A stretch of 64,000 bases of DNA from Candidatus Parcubacteria bacterium (GTDB taxonomy: Bacteria > Patescibacteriota > Patescibacteriia > Patescibacteriales > UBA12465). Shown in pieces: positions 56,525 to 64,000 of the stretch. The translations under genes and the position numbers were made by a program. Location of the stretch: the NCBI GenBank assembly GCA_023444045.1, contig JAEZRQ010000006.1:29533-93532 (forward strand), written 5' to 3'. Position 1 is the first letter of the stretch. Each line of letters opens with the position of its first letter. Below the pieces are notes generated by a model. That model ran no database searches and was not told the origin of the DNA. It worked only from the letters and a program-made list of their open reading frames with translations.

Positions 56525-57991
56525 ATGATAAAAAAAGGTTATAAAATATTGATAATTATTCTTTTATTGTTTGTTTTTAATATTCAAACAACCTCGGCTA
56601 AGGATATTTTGCCAAGTTCAAAATTACCAATTTCAGTTGAGCAACTGGTTGATGAAATAATTTCCCCTTGGGATTATCAAGCGATTACGCCACTATATCA
56701 AATTAGTCTAGATCCCAGTAAATTAGCTAAAGGAAAAACCTATACAGTAGAAATTCCTTATGATGGTAAAAATAATAACTATAAAAAAGTTTTTTATTTT
56801 GACAAAGGAAAAGGAGTTTGGCGTCCACTGCCAACAACCGATGATCCGCAAAATAATAAAGTAAGAGTGGAAGTTCCTTTTACTTTTGTTCGTCTAGCCG
56901 TCTTTGCCAGTCATGATGTCCTAACCGTTGGTAAAGCGAGTTGGTATGCTTATAAAGGAGGTATGTTTACCGCCTCTCCGGACTTTGCTAAAGGCAGCAT
57001 CTTAAGAGTATATAATCTAGATAATGGAAAATTTGTTGATGTCACTGTTAACGATTACGGACCAGAGCGAAAACTCCACCCCGATAGAGTGGTGGATCTT
57101 GATAAGGTTGCTTTTAATAAAATTGCCTCCACTAAATCAGGTGTTATTAATGTTAAAATAGAAGTTTTAAAAGCTGTCGGTAGGAATTTAAACCAAGATT
57201 TAGCACCAGCTACTGAGCCAAATATTTCTGCTTGGTCAGCGGTAATTTTAGATGAGTCTAGTGGTGAAGTTTTGTGGGGGAAAAATGAAAGTAAGGTAAC
57301 GCCACTGGCTAGTTTAACGAAAATTGTGACGGCCTATGTTTTTTTAAGCACTAATCCTACTTTAAGTAATCAAATAGCATATAGCGTACAAGACGAAAAT
57401 TATAATTATAAATATTGCAAGCCATATGAATCTTCGCGACTTAAGGTAAAAGACGGTGAGACAATGACACTAGAAAATGTTCTCTATTCAATGCTAGTTG
57501 GCTCAGCTAATAATTCTGCTGAAACTTTGGTCAGAAATAGTGGTTTAAGCAGGGAACAATTTATTGCCAGAATGAATGAGACAGTTGCTGCCTGGGGCGC
57601 TACTTCAACTTTATTTATTGAACCAAGCGGACTCTCTCCGGATAATGTGAGTTCTCCACTTGATTATGCTATAATAACAAAAGAGGCTTTTAAAAATCCT
57701 CTGCTTAAAAAAATTAGTACTACTTATAAATATTCTTTTTCAACTATAAACACAAAAGCCAAGCATAATCTAACTAATACTAATCAATTAATCAGTGCTA
57801 ATAAATACAATATTATTGGTTCTAAAACTGGTTATTTACATGAATCTCTATATTGTTTGATGACTAAAGTGCAAGTTGGTGGGAAAAATTTAATTGTTGT
57901 TAATTTTGGGTCAAGTAATAAAAACAATAATTTTATAGATAATGAAACTTTAATAAAATATGGTGAGCGGCTTTTAAAAAACAGGATATGA
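56525..57991 (+). CDS. fusion of RlpA-like double-psi beta-barrel domain and D-alanyl-D-alanine carboxypeptidase (peptidase S11, PBP5-like)
   Basis: Signal peptide. DPBB: GKASWYAYKGGMFTASPDF...VTVNDYGPE. S11: SxxK active site (LASLTKIV), SGN-like (GSANNSAE) and KTG (GSKTGYL) motifs. Confidence 0.75.
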   Translation: MIKKGYKILIIILLLFVFNIQTTSAKDILPSSKLPISVEQLVDEIISPWDYQAITPLYQISLDPSKLAKGKTYTVEIPYDGKNNNYKKVFYFDKGKGVWRPLPTTDDPQNNKVRVEVPFTFVRLAVFASHDVLTVGKASWYAYKGGMFTASPDFAKGSILRVYNLDNGKFVDVTVNDYGPERKLHPDRVVDLDKVAFNKIASTKSGVINVKIEVLKAVGRNLNQDLAPATEPNISAWSAVILDESSGEVLWGKNESKVTPLASLTKIVTAYVFLSTNPTLSNQIAYSVQDENYNYKYCKPYESSRLKVKDGETMTLENVLYSMLVGSANNSAETLVRNSGLSREQFIARMNETVAAWGATSTLFIEPSGLSPDNVSSPLDYAIITKEAFKNPLLKKISTTYKYSFSTINTKAKHNLTNTNQLISANKYNIIGSKTGYLHESLYCLMTKVQVGGKNLIVVNFGSSNKNNNFIDNETLIKYGERLLKNRI

Positions 57992-58668
57992 TTAAATTTC
58001 AAAACGTATCAAAATCGTACGCCAATAAAATAAAGATTCTGCGTAATGTTGATTTGCATATTAAGGTTGGCGAATTTGTCTCTATCGTTGGACAATCCGG
58101 CGCCGGTAAAACTACCTTAGTTAAAACTCTAATTGGTGAAGAAAAAGTTGATGAGGGGCGGGTGATTGTCGGTGATTGGGATATTACTAATGTTAGCCGT
58201 CATGATGTGCCTTTCTTAAGACGCCAAATCGGGGTTATTTTTCAAGATTTTAAATTACTTCCTAAAAAGACTTTAAAAGAAAATATTGCCTTTGCTTTAG
58301 AGGTTTGTGGGGCATCTAATTCTAAAATCAATAAAGTTGTTCCTAATGTCCTTAAGATTGTTGGTCTTGAAGATAAAGGCAATCGTTACCCGAGAGAGGT
58401 TTCAGGTGGTGAGCAGCAGCGCGCGGCCATTGCCAGAGCTTTAGTACATCAACCAAAAATATTATTAGCCGATGAACCAACTGGTAATTTGGACGCAATT
58501 AATGCTGATGAAATTATTGATTTACTTCTTAGAATTAATAAGTTTGGTACCACGGTAATTTTGGTCACCCATAATAAGGATATTGTTAATCGTTTAAATC
58601 GTCGGGTTATTACTATGGATAAGGGTGTGGTTATTAGTGACAAAGAACACGGTAAATATTTATTATAA
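57988..58668 (+). CDS. ftsE: cell division ATP-binding protein FtsE
   Basis: Walker A GQSGAGKTTL, ABC signature LSGGEQQRAAIARAL, Walker B LLADEPTGNLD. Followed by ftsX. Confidence 0.9.
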   Translation: MIKFQNVSKSYANKIKILRNVDLHIKVGEFVSIVGQSGAGKTTLVKTLIGEEKVDEGRVIVGDWDITNVSRHDVPFLRRQIGVIFQDFKLLPKKTLKENIAFALEVCGASNSKINKVVPNVLKIVGLEDKGNRYPREVSGGEQQRAAIARALVHQPKILLADEPTGNLDAINADEIIDLLLRINKFGTTVILVTHNKDIVNRLNRRVITMDKGVVISDKEHGKYLL

Positions 58669-58679
58669 CAAGAAATATT

Positions 58680-59588
58680 ATGCTTTCTTTTTTTAGAATC
58701 ATTAAATTTAGTTTTCAAGATATTGTTCGTAATATTTGGCTATCAATTGTCACGATTACGATTCTAATTTTAGCGCTGTTTTCAGTAAACATGTTATTTA
58801 CCGTTAAACTAATTAGTGAAAATGCGGTCACTGCCGTAAAAGAAAAGATTAATATCAGTCTTTATTTTAAGTCCGATGCTTCAGAGGCCATGATATTAGA
58901 TGTGAGGCAAAAAGTAGAGGCAATGCCTGATGTCAGAGAGACCTCGTTTATTTCTAAAAGCGCCGCTCTAGAATCTTTCCGCAGCAAAAACAGAAACAAC
59001 CCGGAAGTTTTAAATGCTTTAAAAGAACTAGGTAAGAACCCGCTATCCCCATCTTTAATTATTATCCCCAAAGACTTTGATAATTCTGCTAACTTAATCA
59101 ACTCTTTAAAGGTGCTAGAAAGTGAAGCGATTGAGTCACGTGATTTTTCTGATAATTCTGCTATCTTAGAAAAAATCCAAATGATTACTGGCAGAATAAA
59201 TGAGATTGGTTTACTTTTAATTCTGATTTTTGTTCTAACAAGTTTACTGGTCGTTTATAATGCGATTCGGGTCGCGATTTATACCCATCGTCAGGAAATT
59301 GAAATTATGAGATTAGTTGGTGCCTCTAACTTCTTTATTTACATGCCCTACCTCTTTTCGGCTTTTACCTATGCTTTAGTTTCCACTTTGATTATTATTA
59401 TCTGTTTTTATCCCTTTTTGACAATCTTACAACCGTATCTTGAAGTCTTCTTCACGGGGTACAATGTTAATATTTTGACTTATTATGTAAATAATTTTTT
59501 GGCTATTTTTGGCATTCAACTGCTAGCTGTTTTCGGTATTACTTTAGTTGCCAGTTTGTTGGCGGCCAGAAAATATGCCAAAATTTAG
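58680..59588 (+). CDS. ftsX: cell division permease FtsX
   Basis: 4-TM topology with large extracellular loop. C-terminal FtsX-type permease helices. Position after ftsE. Confidence 0.8.
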   Translation: MLSFFRIIKFSFQDIVRNIWLSIVTITILILALFSVNMLFTVKLISENAVTAVKEKINISLYFKSDASEAMILDVRQKVEAMPDVRETSFISKSAALESFRSKNRNNPEVLNALKELGKNPLSPSLIIIPKDFDNSANLINSLKVLESEAIESRDFSDNSAILEKIQMITGRINEIGLLLILIFVLTSLLVVYNAIRVAIYTHRQEIEIMRLVGASNFFIYMPYLFSAFTYALVSTLIIIICFYPFLTILQPYLEVFFTGYNVNILTYYVNNFLAIFGIQLLAVFGITLVASLLAARKYAKI

Positions 59589-59644
59589 TTGACTAGTTCG
59601 GCAAAATACCATAATATAGAGGAGGTTTTGGTAGAATTAAATAT

Positions 59645-59715
59645 TCGGGGATCGTCTAATGGTAGGACTCCAGGTTTTGGTCCTGGCTATCGGGGTTCGA
59701 ATCCCTGTCCCCGAG
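59645..59715 (+). tRNA. tRNA-Gln (anticodon TTG), CCA not encoded
   Basis: Acceptor TCGGGGA/TCCCCGA with U1-A72, 3-bp D-stem GTC/GAC, anticodon stem CCAGG/CCTGG with loop TTTTGGT, T-arm CGGGG-TTCGAAT-CCCTG, G73. Architecture parallels E. coli tRNA-Gln. Confidence 0.75.
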
Positions 59716-59792
59716 CAAGTAAAAATAGGCCATACGGTCTATTTTTTGATGCCGCTAATACTATAATCTAGCTTTGTGTTATAATTTCAATT

Positions 59793-60986
59793 ATGAAACA
59801 GGTAAATAAATTTTATTTAGCTTCCTTTCTGAAAAATCAGACCTATTTTGTGCCTATTATGGTTTTATTCTTTCAGGATTTAGGCTTGAATTATAGCCAA
59901 ATTTTTTGGGTATTTACAGTAGGTTCTATTTTTTCATTTATTATTGAGATCCCTACCGGAGTTTTCGCTGACATTTATGGTAAAAGACGTAGCCTTATTT
60001 TGTCTAAATTTTTGATATTTTTAAGTTATTTATCTTTTGGTCTAGCGGGTAATTTTATTACCCTATTGTTAGCTAATCTAATCTTAGAGTTAGGCAAAAG
60101 CTTCCGTTCTGGAACTGAGACAGCCTTTGTTTATAATTACTTATATGAAAACAAGGATAGTGGTCCTACTTATAATAAAGTTAAGTCCGGTCAGAAGTTT
60201 TATGCTCGCCTCTCTGAAAGTATAGGGGCCGCCTTAGGCGGTTTTCTAGCTTATAAGTATGGCTTTAATTTTGTTTTTTTTGTGGCTGCTATTCCGGCAT
60301 TCATTAATTTTATTCAAACACTATCTTGGGAAAAAATATCAGAATTAAATGTTAAGGGACGAGATATGAATTTAAGGACTAACTATGATTTTGCCCTTTT
60401 AGCTTTTAAAAAAATTATCAGAACCAAAGATTTGCGTAACCTGGTATTAAACATTGGTATTTTTTCAGCTGCCTTAGCCGCCATTAATAAGTTCATTCAA
60501 CCATATATGAATAACTTGGGTGTTGAGTTGCAGTATTTTGGTTTCATTTACTCTGGTTTTTTAATTTTTACTGCCTTTTTATTAAAATACTCGTATATAT
60601 TGGAAGAAAGGTTAGGCAATATTCGTCTAATGAATATTTTAACCTGGCTAGCTTTTATCCCTCTTCTAATATTAGGGCTAGGTTTTAATTCTGTAATTGG
60701 TGTTGCCTTATTTTTTATTATTATCATGATAGAAAATATCCGTTCGCCAATCGCCAATACGATTTTCCATCAAAATATTGATTTTGATAATCGTGCCACC
60801 ATGGGGTCTATTTTAGAATTATTTAAATCCATGTTTCAATTATTGATTCTGCCAGTTATTGGTTATGTCGCCGATATAATTTCCTTAGAAACAGCTATTT
60901 TAATCATTAGTTTTGCAGTTTTAGCTAGTGCCTCTTTTTTCTGGGTCTCAACCAAGCGGCTACAAGACAAAGAACTGCGCATCTAA
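59793..60986 (+). CDS. major facilitator superfamily transporter
   Basis: 12 predicted TM helices in 6+6 arrangement. Motif-A-like DIYGKRRS between TM2 and TM3. Confidence 0.7.
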   Translation: MKQVNKFYLASFLKNQTYFVPIMVLFFQDLGLNYSQIFWVFTVGSIFSFIIEIPTGVFADIYGKRRSLILSKFLIFLSYLSFGLAGNFITLLLANLILELGKSFRSGTETAFVYNYLYENKDSGPTYNKVKSGQKFYARLSESIGAALGGFLAYKYGFNFVFFVAAIPAFINFIQTLSWEKISELNVKGRDMNLRTNYDFALLAFKKIIRTKDLRNLVLNIGIFSAALAAINKFIQPYMNNLGVELQYFGFIYSGFLIFTAFLLKYSYILEERLGNIRLMNILTWLAFIPLLILGLGFNSVIGVALFFIIIMIENIRSPIANTIFHQNIDFDNRATMGSILELFKSMFQLLILPVIGYVADIISLETAILIISFAVLASASFFWVSTKRLQDKELRI

Positions 60987-61017
60987 AGTTAGCTTGTGTA
61001 TAACTTAAAATTTATAT

Positions 61018-61130
61018 CAAAAAACACTACTTTTATTAGCATTTAACGAGCATTGCCGCTTTTTGGGAAATTTGTTATTATACTATATGTAGTGTTTTTT
61101 CGTGTTTTTTATACTCAATATGTAGTAATT
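61018..61130 (+). promoter_or_regulatory. candidate NrdR-box operator cluster upstream of nrdJ
   Basis: ACACTAC (61024-61030) and its inverted complement GTAGTGT (61088-61094). ATATGTAGT occurs twice, 33 bp apart (61084 and 61117). A related AGATGTAGTG lies upstream of nrdR (47844-47857). Confidence 0.3.
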
Positions 61131-61189
61131 TAACGGGAAAAACTACTTTTAATAAATTTTATTTTAAAATTAGTGTAATTTAAATTTTT

Positions 61190-63490
61190 ATGACCAAAAA
61201 TAATATAGAAATTGATAAAATCCGTAAACGCAGTGGCCAAGTGGTAAAGTTTGATCCTATCTTTATTGAAAAAGCGGTTGAAAAAGCTTTTAATGAAGTG
61301 GGGCAGGAGATTAATGGTTTTTCTAAGAAAATTAGTAAACAAGTAGAATCTGATTTACAAAAAATTAAGAAATTTTCCACTGATAAAAATTTTATTCCCC
61401 ATGTAGAAATGGTTCAGGATTTAGTGGAGGAGGAACTAATGCGCAATGATTTTGTTAAGGTAGCTAAAGCCTATATATTATACCGCCAGGAAAGAGCAGA
61501 AATTAGAAAAAAGAGACAGGACGTCCCAGAGCACGTTCAAAAACTAAGCGATGAAAGCAAGAAATATTTTAGTAACCCTTTATCAGAATTTATTTTTTAC
61601 AGAAGCTATTCTCGTTGGATTGAAAACGAAGAAAGGCGGGAAACTTGGATAGAGACCGTAGACAGATATATTAAGTACATGAAAGAAAACTTAAAGTCGG
61701 CTCTAACTGATAAGGAGTATGAAGAGATAAAAGAAGCTATTTTAAAACAGGAAATTATGCCTTCTATGCGTCTGTTCCAGTTTTCTGGCAAAGCGGCTGA
61801 CAAGACTAATGTTTGTGCGTATAACTGCGCTTATATTGCTCCAGAGAGTTTTCAAGATGTGGCCGAAATTATGTATGTTTCTATGTGTGGCACCGGTGTT
61901 GGCTGGTCGGTTGAGAGTCAGAATGTGGAAAAGTTTCCTCAGATCTTAAGACAAAAAGGTGGTGAGATAGAAACCTTTGTGATTCCTGATGATAAAGAAG
62001 GATGGGCTGATGCCTTAGCTCTGGGCATGAAAACCTGGGCTGATGGTGGTGATATTAAGTTTGATTATTCTTTACTTCGTCCCGCTGGTGCTCGTCTTAA
62101 AACTATGGGTGGAAAGAGCTCAGGACCTGAGCCGCTAAAACAGTTATTGGACTTTACTCGTAAGAAAATATTAGCTAGACAGGGAAGAAGATTAAGAACC
62201 ATTGATCTTCATGATATCATTTGCATGATTGGTTATTGTGTGGTCTCTGGTGGAGTAAGACGTAGTGCCATGATATCGTTATCAGATTTAGATGATGATA
62301 GTATCCGTGATGCTAAGCAGGGGCAGTTCTATGTGGCTGAGCCTCAAAGGAGTTTAGCAAATAACTCTGCAGTTTACATGCATAAACCAAGTAACAAAGA
62401 GTTTTTAGATGAATGGTTAGCCTTAATTAAGTCAGGCTCTGGAGAAAGAGGAATTTTTAATCGTGGTTCTTTGGTAAAAACCATGCCTAAGCGTCGCTTA
62501 GAACTATTAAAAGAGAAGAAGGGTTATTTTGATGTTACTGGCAACTTTATTATTGGCCAAATGGGCACTAATCCTTGCGGAGAAATTATTTTACAATCCA
62601 AACAATTTTGTAATTTAACAGAAGTGGTTGCTCGTTATAATGATACCGAAGAAAGTTTGCTTAGAAAAATTAGACTGGCTACTATTTTGGGTACCTATCA
62701 AGCCACTTTAACTTATTTTCCTTATTTATCTAAAGGTTGGAAGAATAATTGTGAGGCTGAAAGACTTTTAGGAGTATCAGTTACTGGACAATGGGATTCT
62801 AAAGCTAGCCGAGAAGAAAATATTTTGGCTCGCTTAAAAGATGAGGCAATAAAATGCAATAAGGAATATGCTCAAAAGTTTAATATTAACCCTTCAACCT
62901 CAATTACTTGTGTTAAACCGTCAGGCACGGTTTCTCAGCTAGTAGATTGTGCTTCTGGTATGCATGCCCGTTATGCGCCATATTATATTAGACGAGTACG
63001 TATTTCAGCTACTGACTCTTTGTTCAGAATGCTGAAAGATCAAGGTGTTCCATACAAGCCAGAGGTTGGACAGTCTTATGAAGGAGCCACTACTTATGTC
63101 TTTGAGTTTCCAGTTAAAGCGCCCCAGGGTTCTATTTTTAGTAAAGACTTAAGCGCCCTCGATCAATTAGAGCATTGGAAAAAAGTTAAGCTTAATTACA
63201 CCGAACACAATCCCTCTATTACCATCACTGTTGGTGATGATGAATGGATAGAAGTGGCTAATTGGGTGTATGCTAACTGGGATATAGTTGGTGGCTTGTC
63301 ATTTCTACCGCGTAATGACCACGTCTATGAACTAGCTCCTTATGAAGAGATAGACAAAGAGCATTATGAAAAATTGGTTGAAAAGTTTAAGGATATGGAC
63401 TTTGCTCAAATTGTCAGTTATGAAAAATATGATGAAACTGAGGCTAAAAAAGAACTGGCTTGTGCCGGTGGATCGTGTGAATTAAATTAA
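61190..63490 (+). CDS. nrdJ: class II (adenosylcobalamin-dependent) ribonucleotide reductase
   Basis: N-terminal ATP-cone (IDKIRKRSGQVVKFDPIFI). Active-site NPCGEIIL motif. C-terminal redox Cys pair CAGGSCEL. 766 aa. Confidence 0.85.
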   Translation: MTKNNIEIDKIRKRSGQVVKFDPIFIEKAVEKAFNEVGQEINGFSKKISKQVESDLQKIKKFSTDKNFIPHVEMVQDLVEEELMRNDFVKVAKAYILYRQERAEIRKKRQDVPEHVQKLSDESKKYFSNPLSEFIFYRSYSRWIENEERRETWIETVDRYIKYMKENLKSALTDKEYEEIKEAILKQEIMPSMRLFQFSGKAADKTNVCAYNCAYIAPESFQDVAEIMYVSMCGTGVGWSVESQNVEKFPQILRQKGGEIETFVIPDDKEGWADALALGMKTWADGGDIKFDYSLLRPAGARLKTMGGKSSGPEPLKQLLDFTRKKILARQGRRLRTIDLHDIICMIGYCVVSGGVRRSAMISLSDLDDDSIRDAKQGQFYVAEPQRSLANNSAVYMHKPSNKEFLDEWLALIKSGSGERGIFNRGSLVKTMPKRRLELLKEKKGYFDVTGNFIIGQMGTNPCGEIILQSKQFCNLTEVVARYNDTEESLLRKIRLATILGTYQATLTYFPYLSKGWKNNCEAERLLGVSVTGQWDSKASREENILARLKDEAIKCNKEYAQKFNINPSTSITCVKPSGTVSQLVDCASGMHARYAPYYIRRVRISATDSLFRMLKDQGVPYKPEVGQSYEGATTYVFEFPVKAPQGSIFSKDLSALDQLEHWKKVKLNYTEHNPSITITVGDDEWIEVANWVYANWDIVGGLSFLPRNDHVYELAPYEEIDKEHYEKLVEKFKDMDFAQIVSYEKYDETEAKKELACAGGSCELN

Positions 63491-63497
63491 AATAAGT

Positions 63498-64000
63498 ATG
63501 TATTATACCGGTGCAGGCGATAATGGCACCTCCACCATCTTTAATTCTAAAGAGAGGCTAAGTAAAAGCAGCGCCATCTTTGAGTTACTGGGGTCCTTAG
63601 ATGAGTTAAATTCCTGGCTTGGTTTATGTGTGGTGGAGGCGGCTGATTTTTTAGAAATTAAAGATATTCTTAGAAATACTCAACATAGCTTATTTACCGT
63701 TCAGGCTTATTTTGCTCAGGCGAATATAGATTTCCCAGTCAGCATCTTAAATAGAATAGAGGAGGAAATAAAAAATCTCTCCTTAAAAATAAAAGAAAGA
63801 AAAAGTTTTATTTTAAGTGGTGGTTGTCGCTTGAGTGCCTTACTTGATATTACTAGATCAATAGCACGTCGCGTAGAGAGATGTGCTGTTAGACTGTCAG
63901 ACAAGCAGCCGCAGAAAATTAACTCCACAGTACTTGCTTATTTAAATCGTTTATCAAGTTTATTCTATGTCCTGGCAAGACTAGCTAATGATTTAAGTGA
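63498..64000 (+). CDS. pduO: PduO-type ATP:cob(I)alamin adenosyltransferase (3'-partial at window end)
   Basis: MYYTGAGDNGTSTIFNSKERLSKSSAIFELLGSLDELNSWLG and ...LAYLNRLSSLFYVLARLAN match the PduO/MMAB family. Starts 8 nt after nrdJ. No stop before the window end. Confidence 0.8.
   Translation, partial: MYYTGAGDNGTSTIFNSKERLSKSSAIFELLGSLDELNSWLGLCVVEAADFLEIKDILRNTQHSLFTVQAYFAQANIDFPVSILNRIEEEIKNLSLKIKERKSFILSGGCRLSALLDITRSIARRVERCAVRLSDKQPQKINSTVLAYLNRLSSLFYVLARLANDLS

Noticed and set aside
59589-59771. 60-aa ORF in the six-frame track
   Set aside because: It completely overlaps a well-formed tRNA-Gln (59645..59715). It is a Gly/Pro/Arg-rich translation of tRNA sequence and is spurious.
61130-61380. 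Two minus-strand ORFs (70 and 66 aa) over the nrdJ upstream region and 5' end
   Set aside because: They overlap the nrdJ start and its AT-rich promoter/operator region. Chance ORFs are expected in AT-rich sequence with Phe/Ile/Lys-rich products.
1-64000. CRISPR arrays, transposases/IS elements, rRNA genes, alternative genetic code (UGA recoding)
   Set aside because: No regularly spaced direct repeats, no transposase-like ORFs and no rRNA-like conserved segments were seen. TGA, TAA and TAG all terminate well-defined genes (e.g. ruvB and hisS end in TGA at expected lengths), arguing against UGA reassignment.

Overview
AT-rich, gene-dense window, almost entirely plus-strand, with a housekeeping gene set typical of a small-genome bacterium. 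Low GC, giant cysteine-rich surface proteins, few regulators and weak Shine-Dalgarno signals suggest a CPR/Patescibacteria-like lineage; this is inference only. Translation appears to use standard code 11, with TAA, TAG and TGA all used as stops. Gene order: hypothetical, small secreted protein, MBL-fold hydrolase, ndk, gyrA, rmuC, NTase-like hypothetical, Wzy_C/O-antigen-ligase-like, radC(-), M16 peptidase, a 1328-aa UvrD/AddA-type helicase with C-terminal Fe-S PD-(D/E)XK nuclease interrupted by a 361-aa intein, sanA-like, ruvB, queA, lepB, hisS, rpsU, rel(-). Then an accessory island at ~23.3-38.9 kb: three giant secreted proteins of 897, 2396 and 1132 aa, two of which share an N-terminal signal peptide plus two-helix hairpin module, followed by small TM proteins and two thrombospondin-type-3 Ca-repeat proteins. 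Then clpP(-), secDF, Wzy_C+TPR protein, prepilin peptidase, ftsA, ftsZ, nrdR, nrdD (class III RNR), a previously uncalled 48-aa ORF carrying the NrdD glycyl-radical tail, nrdG, small TM protein, VirD4/HerA-like ATPase with Zn ribbon, DnaQ-like exonuclease, processive GT2, ftsB/divIC, tRNA-Thr(-), RlpA-DPBB+S11 carboxypeptidase fusion, ftsEX, tRNA-Gln, MFS transporter, nrdJ (class II RNR) and a 3'-truncated PduO-type cobalamin adenosyltransferase. No CRISPR array, transposase or rRNA was seen. The points most worth a second look are the intein in helicase motif III, the split NrdD glycyl-radical domain, the coexistence of class II and class III RNR with NrdR and candidate NrdR boxes, and the paralogous N-terminal membrane-hairpin module on the giant surface proteins.
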